DNA of 64,000 nt, taken from the NCBI GenBank assembly GCA_027314915.1, contig DAHUZZ010000004.1, forward strand, positions 30,368-94,367, in the 5' to 3' direction. This DNA is from Thermoplasmata archaeon. Lineage in GTDB: Archaea; Thermoplasmatota; Thermoplasmata; Lutacidiplasmatales; UBA184. Made by a program: the position numbers and the translations under genes. Positions 8,707 through 17,400 of the stretch are shown one piece after another. The notes under the pieces were generated by a model that was not told where the DNA came from, ran no database searches, and was given only the letters and a program-made list of their open reading frames with translations. Position 1 is the first letter of the stretch, and each line of letters opens with the position of its first letter.

Positions 8707-8991
8707 CTACCGCGCCCGGGCGGCGGCCCGGGGCGCGGACGCCGGGTGCGCCGCCCCCTCGGCGGGGGGCGGCAGCTGGCGGGCGAGGTCCAGGAGGACG
8801 GAGAGGAGGATCGACTCGAGGAGGTCCGGACTGCCCACGTACGTCGCCTGCGCCACGTACCGCCGGGCGCCGAGCCGGATCCGCTCGAAGGCCGCGCGCT
8901 CCTCGGGCGTGGTCAACAGCCGCCCGAAGGAGTCCCACCGCCTCAGCCGCTCCTCGAGCGCCTGACGGTACGTCGGGGCGGTGCGTCCCAT
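8707..8991 (-). CDS. Hypothetical small helical protein (94 aa)
   Basis: ATG 8991-8989 is preceded by GGAGGTGA with a 4-nt spacer. GC3 is high. It overlaps the 3' end of the upstream gene by 49 nt and ends 38 nt before the polB ATG. Confidence 0.55.
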   Translation of the reverse strand: MGRTAPTYRQALEERLRRWDSFGRLLTTPEERAAFERIRLGARRYVAQATYVGSPDLLESILLSVLLDLARQLPPPAEGAAHPASAPRAAARAR

Positions 8992-9797
8992 GCCATCACC
9001 TCCGCGTCGGTGATCGGGGCGAACTCTTCCAACCCGTGCTGGCCCCGGGGCCGGGGCAGGAGGAGGCACTCGGCGGACTCCCGGTAGGCGACCATGCGGA
9101 GCCGGTCGCCCCGGGGACGGAAGCTCACCACGTCGTTGAGCCGGGGCCCGAGCTCGGTGAGGCCGGGGAACCGGGCGGGACCGCCCGGCACCGTGAGGAG
9201 GAGCGGGGCCCGGGTCGCGGCGACGATCCCGCGCAGCTCCTCCGCGACGTGCGACAGGAGCGGCGCGTACTCCTCCCGCGGCACCTCGTCGCTCTCGAAG
9301 AGCGCGGGCAGCTCGTGGCCGATGAGCAGCGTCGGGCGGTACCGCCGCGCCTCCCGGGCCCACCCGTCCACGAGGGCGACCAGCTGGTAGGCGGTGAACG
9401 CCCGGGCGAGCCGGATCCGTTCGAGGACCTCCCCGGGGTCGACGCCGAGCGGCCGGCCGCCCTCGGCGATGCGGTAGGGGTCGAACCGGTTCGCTCCCTC
9501 GAGGAGCAGGATCCGGCCCCCGACGGCGGCGCTGCCGGCGTAGAGGAGGTCCAGGACCCGGTCCATCGCGGAGGAGGGCCCCATCCACAGGGTCGCCTCC
9601 CCCGGGGCGAACCGGCCCGCGAGCCAGGGGAAGAGCGCCCCCTCCGTCGGCAGGATCGGGGCCGGGGCGGAGGGCGCCCGGGGCACCTCGGCCCGGCGGG
9701 ACCGCGGGCTCCGCTCCGGAAGGGGAAGGGGTAGGGTCGGCTCCCCGGGCGGTCCTGGGAGGACCGCCGGCGGGAGCGGCACGGTCGTCGCGCTCAT
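8943..9797 (-). CDS. RecA-superfamily (RadB/KaiC-like) protein with degenerate Walker A
   Basis: The layout resembles a RecA core, but the P-loop position reads GPSSAMDR instead of GxxGxGKT. The Walker-B-like strand is TLLIGHELPALF, followed by LLSHVAEELRGIVAATRAPLLLTV. The start is MSATTVP (ATG 9797-9795). Confidence 0.6.
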   Translation of the reverse strand: MSATTVPLPPAVLPGPPGEPTLPLPLPERSPRSRRAEVPRAPSAPAPILPTEGALFPWLAGRFAPGEATLWMGPSSAMDRVLDLLYAGSAAVGGRILLLEGANRFDPYRIAEGGRPLGVDPGEVLERIRLARAFTAYQLVALVDGWAREARRYRPTLLIGHELPALFESDEVPREEYAPLLSHVAEELRGIVAATRAPLLLTVPGGPARFPGLTELGPRLNDVVSFRPRGDRLRMVAYRESAECLLLPRPRGQHGLEEFAPITDAEVMAWDAPPRRTVRRSRSG

Positions 9798-9831
9798 CGG
9801 AACACCTCGGGCGATCGAGCCCGGGGGGCCC

Positions 9832-9838
9832 CTTAAGG
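9832..9838 (-). promoter_or_regulatory. TATA-like element for the RecA-like/small/polB operon
   Basis: CTTAAGG is an isolated A/T patch in GC-rich DNA, 35-41 nt upstream of ATG 9797. Confidence 0.35.
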
Positions 9839-10128
9839 GACGGAGCAGGGGGAGTGAAACGCCCGTTGAGAGAACGCCGTTTCCCCGGTCCCGGGCACGG
9901 GGTGCTTCAGGACCGGCCCATCTCCCGCCGCGTGCCCGACCGGGAACGGCCGGTGGCGCGACGAGCTCCACTTCGGCCTGCTGCGCGGCGAGCTCCGCGG
10001 ATCCCGCCTCCGCCCCGCGGAACCCCGGTCCGGTGCGGTCATCGGGCCCGACGGGGCGACCCCCTCGGCGGCGCGCGCCCAGGGGGCCGCGGAGCCGCAC
10101 CCCGCGGCGCCCGACCCGGGGAGCCGGC

Positions 10129-10899
10129 CTACGGCATGAGCCTCCGGGTCATCCACGGCGCCGGCGGGAGCCCGAGGAGCTCCGACATCGACCGGCCGTT
10201 CGCCGCCGCGTCCCCCCGGAAGTGATTGTTGAAGAACCCGTACACCGCCTCCGTCCGCTCCGCGAGCGCGCGGACGCGCGGGGCCCACGCGGCGAGCTCG
10301 TCGGGCCGGTAGGTGTAGTCGTACCACACGGGCGCGCCGTGGCCGTGGAACCGCACGTAGCTGAACGGGGCGGTCACGTCGAGCCGGATCGGAAGGTGCG
10401 GCTCATCGACGACCACGTAGGCGAACCCGAACTCGCGGAGGAGATCGAACGACCCGGGCGCGAGCCACGACGGCTCCCGGAACTCGACCGCCACCGGCAG
10501 CCCCTTCGGCAGGCTCTCGTAGAACGTCCTCACCGTCGCGGGCTCGAACGGCAGCGACGGTGGCAGCTGCAGGAGGGCCGCCACGAACCGGTGCTCCGCG
10601 CGGAGCGGCTCGATCGTGGCCAGGAACCGGTCGAGCTCCGCATCGGTCCCCACCAGGCGACGATCGTGGGTGATGCTCTGGGGGAACTTGGCGGCGAACC
10701 GGAACGACTTGGGCGTCCGGCGCACCCAGGAGGCGACGACGCCGACCGGGGGGAGCCGGTAGAAGGTGACGTTGATCTCGACGATGGGGAAGAGGTTCGT
10801 GTAGAACCGCAGCCGGTCGACGTTCCCCTTCGGGGGATACACCGGGCCCACCCATTCCGGGTAATCCCATCCGCTCGTCCCGAGCAGGATCTCGCCCAT
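10129..10899 (-). CDS. DUF72 family protein
   Basis: MGEILLGTSGWDYPEWVGPVYP ... FYRLP ... AVEFRExSW ... FNNHF. These are hallmark DUF72 (YecE-like) motifs. Confidence 0.9.
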   Translation of the reverse strand: MGEILLGTSGWDYPEWVGPVYPPKGNVDRLRFYTNLFPIVEINVTFYRLPPVGVVASWVRRTPKSFRFAAKFPQSITHDRRLVGTDAELDRFLATIEPLRAEHRFVAALLQLPPSLPFEPATVRTFYESLPKGLPVAVEFREPSWLAPGSFDLLREFGFAYVVVDEPHLPIRLDVTAPFSYVRFHGHGAPVWYDYTYRPDELAAWAPRVRALAERTEAVYGFFNNHFRGDAAANGRSMSELLGLPPAPWMTRRLMP

Positions 10900-11147
10900 C
10901 GTCGGACCGGTCGGGGGCCCGCCTCCGACGGCCCCACCCCGTCCACGCCCTTCTAGCTAACCCGGGGACCGTGAAACGGTCGCGCGGTGGCCCTTCCGGC
11001 GCGGCCGACCGGGCGATCGTTCGTCCTACGGCCTCACGGGTCGGTCCCCGGTGGTCCCCGCGAAGGGCGCCCTTTCCCGCGGGGGATCCGGGTACCTCGG
11101 CGGGCCACGGGGAGCCCCGGGAGCCTCCCGCGGCCGAGCGGGGCACC

Positions 11148-11817
11148 ATGGACTTCGAGGAAGGGCTCACGGAGGGGCCGCACCCGGTGCTCTCCGGGAG
11201 CGACGACCGGACCGCCGCGGCGGTCACCGCCTGCGCTCTCGCGCGCCGCGTCGCCCGGAACGTCGTCTGGCTCCACCTGCGCTCCGGCGGCGCCGGCCGC
11301 GACGAGCTCGAGTCGCTGCTCGCCCCCGGGACGCCGGAGGATCTCCCGGCGCATCCCCGGGCGCCCTTCGAGCTCCTCGTCGCGACACCGAGGCCCGGGA
11401 CCCCCGACGATCCCGGGCGGTCGCCGCTCGTCATCGTCGCCCTCGAGAAGCTGCGGGCGCTCCCAGGACCGCCCGCGCTCCTCCGGACCGACGGCGAGCG
11501 GATCTCCGGGGTCTTCGCCGACGAGGGCCCGGCGTTCCGCCGGCTCCTCGACCGGCGCACGGACCCCGCCGTGAGGCCCGTCGCGTCGCTCCCCGGTGCG
11601 GCGAAGTGGGCCGGCGTTGGCTTCGGGCCGGTCGTGCACCCCGAGGCGCTCCCGGGCCGGGAGTGGAGCGCGGCGCTCCTCGCCCTCGAGGGCCCGGAAG
11701 GGACCCCGGGCGACGCCGGCTCCGCCTCGCGCTCCCGCGCCGGACCGGCCGAGCGGCGCGGGGGCGCGGGTCCCGACGGCGAGGATATACCTCCTCGGGC
11801 GGTCGGAGCCGGCGGCG
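11148..11817 (+). CDS. Hypothetical protein with unresolved 3' end (no in-frame stop before the next gene)
   Basis: From ATG 11148 (MDFEEGLTEG...) the frame has a protein-like A/L/V/E/D composition and high GC3 until about 11790. The formal ORF then runs on out of frame through the gltD-like gene to 13463. The end given here is nominal. Confidence 0.3.
11784..11790 (+). promoter_or_regulatory. TATA-like element upstream of the gltD-like gene
   Basis: GATATAC lies 28-34 nt upstream of ATG 11818. It is the only A/T patch in the region. Similar GATAT(A/G) elements sit about 30 nt upstream of two other genes, which suggests leaderless transcripts. Confidence 0.4.
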
Positions 11818-13272
11818 ATGAGCGAGGGGGACGACCCGCGCTCCCGGAACCCGTCGTACGTCCGGGAGCCGATCCGGGAGGAGCCGGTCGCCGAGCGGAC
11901 CCGCGGGTTCGGCCTGATCCTGGAGCCCTACTCCCGGGAGGAGGCGGTGCTCGAGGCGCAGCGGTGCCTCCAGTGCGCGATGCCGTTCTGCGTGCAGGCC
12001 TGCCCCATCACGCAGGACTGCCGCGGCTACACGACGCTCATCGCCCGCGGGGACTTCGACGGCGCGGCGCGGCTCACGCTGCAGGACAACCCGCTCGCGA
12101 CGGTGCTCTGCAAGTGCTGCTACCACTACTGCGAGGAGGAGTGCGTCCTCGGGGGCCGCGGGACCCCGATCGCGATCCGGCACCTGAAGCGCGCCGCGCT
12201 CGAGCACGGCCGGGCCGACCTCCTCTACGTACCGAGCGCGCCCCGGAGCGAGCGCATCGCGGTCATCGGCGGCGGCCCGGCCGGCCTGATGGCCGCCTGG
12301 GAGCTCGCGCTCCGCGGCTACCCGGTCACGGTGCTCGAGGCGGAGCCGTTCCTGGGGGGCCAGGTCGAGACCATCCCCCGGTACCACCTGGACGGCCGCG
12401 AGCTCGACTGGGACCTCGCCCGGTTCCGGAACCTGGGGATCACCTTCGTCGCCGGCCGGCGCGCCGGCGTGGACTTCACGCCGGAAAGCCTGCTCTCCGA
12501 GGGATACCGCGCCGTGTACGTCGCCATCGGGGCCTCGGCCCCCCGGGAGCTCGACCTTCCCGGGGCGCACCTCCCGGGCGTCTACTTCGCGCTCCCCTTC
12601 CTGCTCGCGATGAACCGGACGCCGGAGGGGATCCTCGGGCGGAAAGGACGGAGGGTGGTGGTGGTCGGGGGCGGCGATGTCGCGCTCGACGCGGCCCGTT
12701 CGGCGCTCCGGGTTTCCCAGCGGGGCGACGTCACGCTCGCCTACCGCCGGACGCGCGAGAAGATGCCGGCGGGCGAGGAGGAGCTCACCGGCGGCTCGGA
12801 GGAAGGGATCCGGTTCCTCTTCGAGCGCACCCCGGTCCGGATCCTGGGGAGCGAGCAGGTCGAGGGGATCGTGCTCGAGCGGACCCGGGAGACCGCCCCG
12901 GATCCCTCCGGACGGTCCACGATCGAGAGCGTCCCCGGATCGGAGGAGACGGTCGCCTGCGACACGGTGATCCTCGCGACGGGGGAGGTCGCGGACCTGA
13001 AGGGGCTCCCCTCCGAGCTCGATCTCGCGACCCCGCACGGCTGGCCCCAGGGGAAGCGGCCCGACTGGATGACCGACGTGGAGGGGGTCTTCGCCTCCGG
13101 GGGCCGGTCGGTGGTCTACGCCATGTCGGCCGCGAAGCGCACGGCGGCCGCCATCGATGCCTACCTCGCCCGGAAGTCCGGCCGTCCCCCCACGCCGCGC
13201 CCGGACCCGTTCGGGGGAACGGTGCCCCCGACCGTGCCGGACGGGTACGGCGGACCCACCTGGTCGCTCTGA
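11818..13272 (+). CDS. Glutamate synthase small-subunit-like NAD(P)H-dependent FAD/Fe-S oxidoreductase (GltD family)
   Basis: N-terminal Cys clusters (RCLQCAMPFCVQACP ... CKCCYHYC). Dinucleotide folds IAVIGGGPAGLMAA and VVVVGGGDVALDAA. 484 aa from MSEGDD. Confidence 0.85.
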   Translation: MSEGDDPRSRNPSYVREPIREEPVAERTRGFGLILEPYSREEAVLEAQRCLQCAMPFCVQACPITQDCRGYTTLIARGDFDGAARLTLQDNPLATVLCKCCYHYCEEECVLGGRGTPIAIRHLKRAALEHGRADLLYVPSAPRSERIAVIGGGPAGLMAAWELALRGYPVTVLEAEPFLGGQVETIPRYHLDGRELDWDLARFRNLGITFVAGRRAGVDFTPESLLSEGYRAVYVAIGASAPRELDLPGAHLPGVYFALPFLLAMNRTPEGILGRKGRRVVVVGGGDVALDAARSALRVSQRGDVTLAYRRTREKMPAGEEELTGGSEEGIRFLFERTPVRILGSEQVEGIVLERTRETAPDPSGRSTIESVPGSEETVACDTVILATGEVADLKGLPSELDLATPHGWPQGKRPDWMTDVEGVFASGGRSVVYAMSAAKRTAAAIDAYLARKSGRPPTPRPDPFGGTVPPTVPDGYGGPTWSL

Positions 13273-13290
13273 GCGCGACCCCCGGCCCGT

Positions 13291-13461
13291 TCAGGGCGAT
13301 GGGCCCGGCCGCCCCGCGGCCCGCGGCGACCCACCCGCGGCGGGCGCGGCCGGCCGCTCGTGCACCTCGACCAGGTGCCGTTCGAGGTCCTCCTCCGAAC
13401 GGAAGTTGCGGCCGCATTCGGGGCAGCTCGCCGCGACCTCGTCGTACTCGATGTACGGCAT
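13291..13461 (-). CDS. Small C2H2 zinc-finger protein (56 aa)
   Basis: Not in the ORF track. My translation is MPYIEYDEVAASCPECGRNFRSEEDLERHLVEVHERPAAPAAGGSPRAAGRPGPSP. It shows the classical CxxC-x12-HxxxxH spacing and high GC3. Confidence 0.6.
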   Translation of the reverse strand: MPYIEYDEVAASCPECGRNFRSEEDLERHLVEVHERPAAPAAGGSPRAAGRPGPSP

Positions 13462-13580
13462 GATCCCCGCTACGGGGGGACCCCGCTTGGTGGTTTCGGC
13501 CGAGCGCCCCGGTCCGCGGGTACCGGACGGAGCTCGTCATCGGCCCCGAGGCCGCCCGACGGCGAGAACGACCGGGCGGA

Positions 13581-14348
13581 TCAGCGGGGATCCGTCGAGG
13601 AGCCCGAGCCGGCCGAGGGGACCGGCGCCTCTCCGCCGCGGGAGCCGTCCGCCTCGTCCACCTGCTCGGGGACCGGCTCGGCATTTGGCTGGTCGAGGAG
13701 GTGACCGGCCTTGAGCCGCTTCGCCTCCAGGTAGCGGCGGTTGTAGGGGTTGGGCGGGATGACGAGCGGGATCCGGCCCTCGATGGTGACCCCGTGCATC
13801 TCGAGGTCGCGCACCTTGTCCGGGTTGTTGCTCATGAGCCGGATCGAATCGATGTGGAGCGACGCGAGCATGTGCGCCGCGATCGCGTAGTCCCGCTCGT
13901 CCGGTCGGAACCCCAGGAGCTCGTTGGCCTGGAAGGTGTCGTAGCCGTGCTCCTGGAGCTGGTAGGCCTTGATCTTGTTCGCGAAGCCGATCCCCCGGCC
14001 CTCCTGCCGGAGGTAGAGGATGACGCCCAGGTCCTGCTCCCGGATCTGCTTCTGGGCGAGCTCGAGCTGCTCCCGGCAGTCGCACCGCAGCGAGCCGAAG
14101 CCGTCCCCGGTCAGGCACTCGGAGTGGAGCCGGACGGGGACGCTCGAGCGGCCGATCGGATTGCCCCGGATCAGCGCCGCGTGCTCCTTCCCGTCGTTCG
14201 GGCTCGTGAAGGCCACGATCTGGAACTCGCCGAGCCGGGTCGGCAGGTCGGCGACGGCCACGAGCCGGACGCAGATCGAGTCCTCGCCGCAGCAGTGCTC
14301 GGCGTTCTCGCGGATGAGCTGATCGACGGTCTCGGGGGGGATTCCCAT
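13581..14348 (-). CDS. ribA: GTP cyclohydrolase II
   Basis: Motifs RLHSECLTGDGFGSLRCDCREQL and YLRQEGRGIGFANKIKAYQLQEHGYDT. The start is MGIPPETV (ATG 14348-14346). Confidence 0.9.
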   Translation of the reverse strand: MGIPPETVDQLIRENAEHCCGEDSICVRLVAVADLPTRLGEFQIVAFTSPNDGKEHAALIRGNPIGRSSVPVRLHSECLTGDGFGSLRCDCREQLELAQKQIREQDLGVILYLRQEGRGIGFANKIKAYQLQEHGYDTFQANELLGFRPDERDYAIAAHMLASLHIDSIRLMSNNPDKVRDLEMHGVTIEGRIPLVIPPNPYNRRYLEAKRLKAGHLLDQPNAEPVPEQVDEADGSRGGEAPVPSAGSGSSTDPR

Positions 14349-14416
14349 GGGCGACGCGTCCCGCGCTCCGTTCGGGAGTGGGCAAGGGGGCTCAAGAGCC
14401 TGTCGGGGGCGGAGGA

Positions 14417-17400
14417 CTAACCGGCGAGGGGCTCGTCCTCCGGCGCCGGGCCGCCGTACTCCGCCGGGGTCTCCATCTCGGGGTTCCCGGGCGGGGGCGA
14501 CTCCGGGTTCTCGGCCCAGGGCTCCTCGGATCCCCCCTCGGGGACCCCCTCGGGCCATCCGCCGTCGGGATACGGGTTCGCCTCGCCCGTCGGCTCGTCC
14601 GAGGGCGGGGCCTCCTCCGTCGACGCGGCCGCCGCGCCGCCGCGGCGGCGCCGGACGATGAGGAGCGCCGCGATCACGCCCACCGCGATCACGGCCGCGG
14701 CGATGCCCAGCTCCTCGGGGGTCGAGAGCCCCGAGGGTCCCGCGGGGGTCGTGGGCGGGACGTAGCTGAAGGTGAGGCTCACCGCGTGGCCGCCCACGTG
14801 GAAGGTCCCGGAGCCGCTCCCGTTCACGGACCCGGTCGAGAGCGCGAGCACGTAGGTGTAGGAGCCGTTCGGCTCGAGGAGCTGGAGCTGGCCCGCCGAG
14901 GCGGGGTAGCTCGGTCCGCCGAGCGAGACGTTCCACGTGGTACCCGCGGGCAGGCCGAGCAGCTCAAAGGTGACCGCGTAGGTGAAGGTCCGGAAGGTCA
15001 CGTTCACCGTCACCGGCGCGCCCGCGACCGTCGCCGTGCCGCTCCAGTTCGTCCCGTACCCGGGCAGGGGAGCGATCGTGTAGGGGTAGCTGCCGTTGAT
15101 CTCGGTCAGCGCCGCGCTGGGCTGCGTGGAGTTGAGGTAGACGCCCCCCACATGGATGCTCCAGGCGGTGCCCGGGGTCAGCCCCGTCTCGAGGAAAGTG
15201 ATCGCGTACTTCGGCACGTGGATCGCGAGGAAGGTGAGGTAGACCGAGGTCTGCGTCTGGAGGCCGGTGACGTGGAACGGCTCGGAGGGGATGGGACGGT
15301 ACCCGGGGATGGTCGCCACGGAGTAGTCGTAGGTCCCGTTCGCGAGCAGATAGGTGATCGCGTTCGCGCTCGAGTTCCTCGCGGTCCCGTTCACCGTGAC
15401 CGACCACGAGGTCCCCGCGGGCAGCCCGGTCTCGTAGAAGACCACCGGGCTGACGTAGGGGACGAACGCCACGGAGATCGCGAGGGGGCCCGGGGCCGAT
15501 ACCCGGAAGGTGCCGGTCCAGTTGGTCATGTAGCCGGGCACGGAGAGGATCCGGTAGCTGTACGATCCCGCCGGCAGGTCGAAGGGCACCGTCGATCCCG
15601 TCGTGGTCCCCTGGCTGCCATGGAAGAGCTGCACGCCCCAGAGGGTGCCCGCGGGGAGCCCCGACTCGTCGAAGACGACCGGGAAGGTCGCGAGGAAGGT
15701 CACGTCGAAGTAGAGGTCCCCGCCGAAGACGGTGAAGTTCCCGGTCTGCGGGATGATCTCGTAGCCCGCCATCGGGGCGACGGAGTAGTTGTACGTCCCG
15801 TTGGGCTCGCCGATCGGGAGGGTCGCGGTGGTCGAGCTGTGGAAGGAACCGGCGAGCCAGACCTGCCACGTCGTCGAGGCGGGCAGTCCCGTCTCGTTGA
15901 ACTGGACCGTGTACTCCTTCACGGAGAAGGTGACGGCGACGTCGACCTGGGCCCCGGAGACCGTGACGTTGCCCGTCCAGGTGGTCACGTAGCCGGGCAC
16001 GCCCAAGATGCGGTAGTCGAAGGTCCCGTTCGGCTCGTCGAGCGTGTTCACCGCGGTACCGGTCGTGTTCGTGGTCGAACCGATCCGGACGCTCCAGCTG
16101 GTGTTCGAGGCGAGGCCGGTCTCCTTGAACTCCACCGGGAAGGTCGGGGAGAAGGAGATGTTCACGGTGGGATGGTCGCCGGCGACCGTGACGTTCCCCT
16201 GGGGCGTCGCGTAGTAGCCCGGCACCGTCGGCACGAGGTAGCCGAAGGTCCCGTTCACCGCGTCGAACACGATGGTGGTGGAGTTCGAGGGCAGGGTGGT
16301 GTTCGCGAGCGAGATGTTCCACCCGGTGCCCGAGGGCAGCCCCGTCTCGTGGAAGGTCACCCCGTAGGGCGAGTTCAGCTTCCCGATGATGGAGACGTTG
16401 TTGAAGGAGTAGTCGGGAACGTACAGGTCCTGGCTCGCCGGATCGTAGAGGATGGAGAACGGGCTCCCCTGCACGTTGACGGTGGCCACCGTACGGGAGC
16501 CGTTGAAGACGGAGGTCGTCTCGTTGCCCCAGTTGATCACGTAGAGGTACCCGTTCGCGGCATCGACGGCCCCGGCGCGCGGCGAGCCGCCGGCGGTGAA
16601 GTTGCCCAGGTCGCGCGTGCCGTTGATGACGGTGATCGTGTTGGAGACCAGGTTGTAGACGTAGACGTAGCCGTTCGCCGGGTCGTAGGTGGCCTCCCGG
16701 CCGCCCACCCCGTCCGAGACGTTCCCGACGAAGGTGGTGCCGTTGAGGATGCTCACGTTGCTCGCGGCCGAGTTCGGGACGTACACCAGGCCCGTGCGGG
16801 GGCTGACCGTGACGAAGCACGGAGAGGCGCCCGTCGCGATGTTGGCGATCACCTGGGCTCCGTCGAGGACCGTGACGTTGTCCGAGCCCAGGTTGGCGAC
16901 GTAGACGTAGTGGTTCACCGGGTCGTACCCGGCGTAGCACGGGTAGGTGCCGGAGCCGAGGTTGATCGTGGCGACGACCTTCGTCCCGTTCACGATCGAG
17001 ACGTTGCCGCTGTTGGTGTTCGGGACGTAGAGGTTCCCGTTCTGGGCATCGTAGGCGGCCATCGTCGGCCCGGAGCCCACCCGCACCGACGCGATCGTCC
17101 GGGTCCCGTTGATGACCGTCAGGTTCTGGGTGGTCCCGAAGTCCTCGACGTAGACGTAGCCGTCCGCCGGGTCGTAGGTGGAGGCGAGCGGATCGTCCCC
17201 GACGCCGATGGTGGCGATGACGGTGTTGTTCCTGTCGGAGAGGATCGAGACGGAGTTGCCGGTGGTCCCGATCGGAGGACCGAAGTTCGTGACGTAGAGC
17301 AGGCCGTTCGCCGGGTCGTAGGAGACGTTGGTGGGCGCCGCGCCCACCCCGGTCGTGGTGAGCAGGTACACCGCGGAGGTGGAGTAGTTGCCGCTCGGGG

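Noticed and set aside
6197-8965. 922-aa plus-strand ORF opposite polB.
   Set aside because: It is a shadow ORF. The polB frame carries recognisable family-B motifs, and the plus-frame product is Arg/Pro/Gly/Glu-rich with no motifs.
9839-10128. About 290 nt of apparently non-coding GC-rich DNA between the cassette promoter and the DUF72 stop. I considered it as SRP RNA, RNase P RNA or another structured RNA.
   Set aside because: I could not find the conserved SRP helix-8 motif (GGAA...AGCA context) or the RNase P CR-I/CR-V motifs (GAGGAAAGUCC etc.) on either strand. The region is left unexplained. An Infernal/Rfam scan would settle it.
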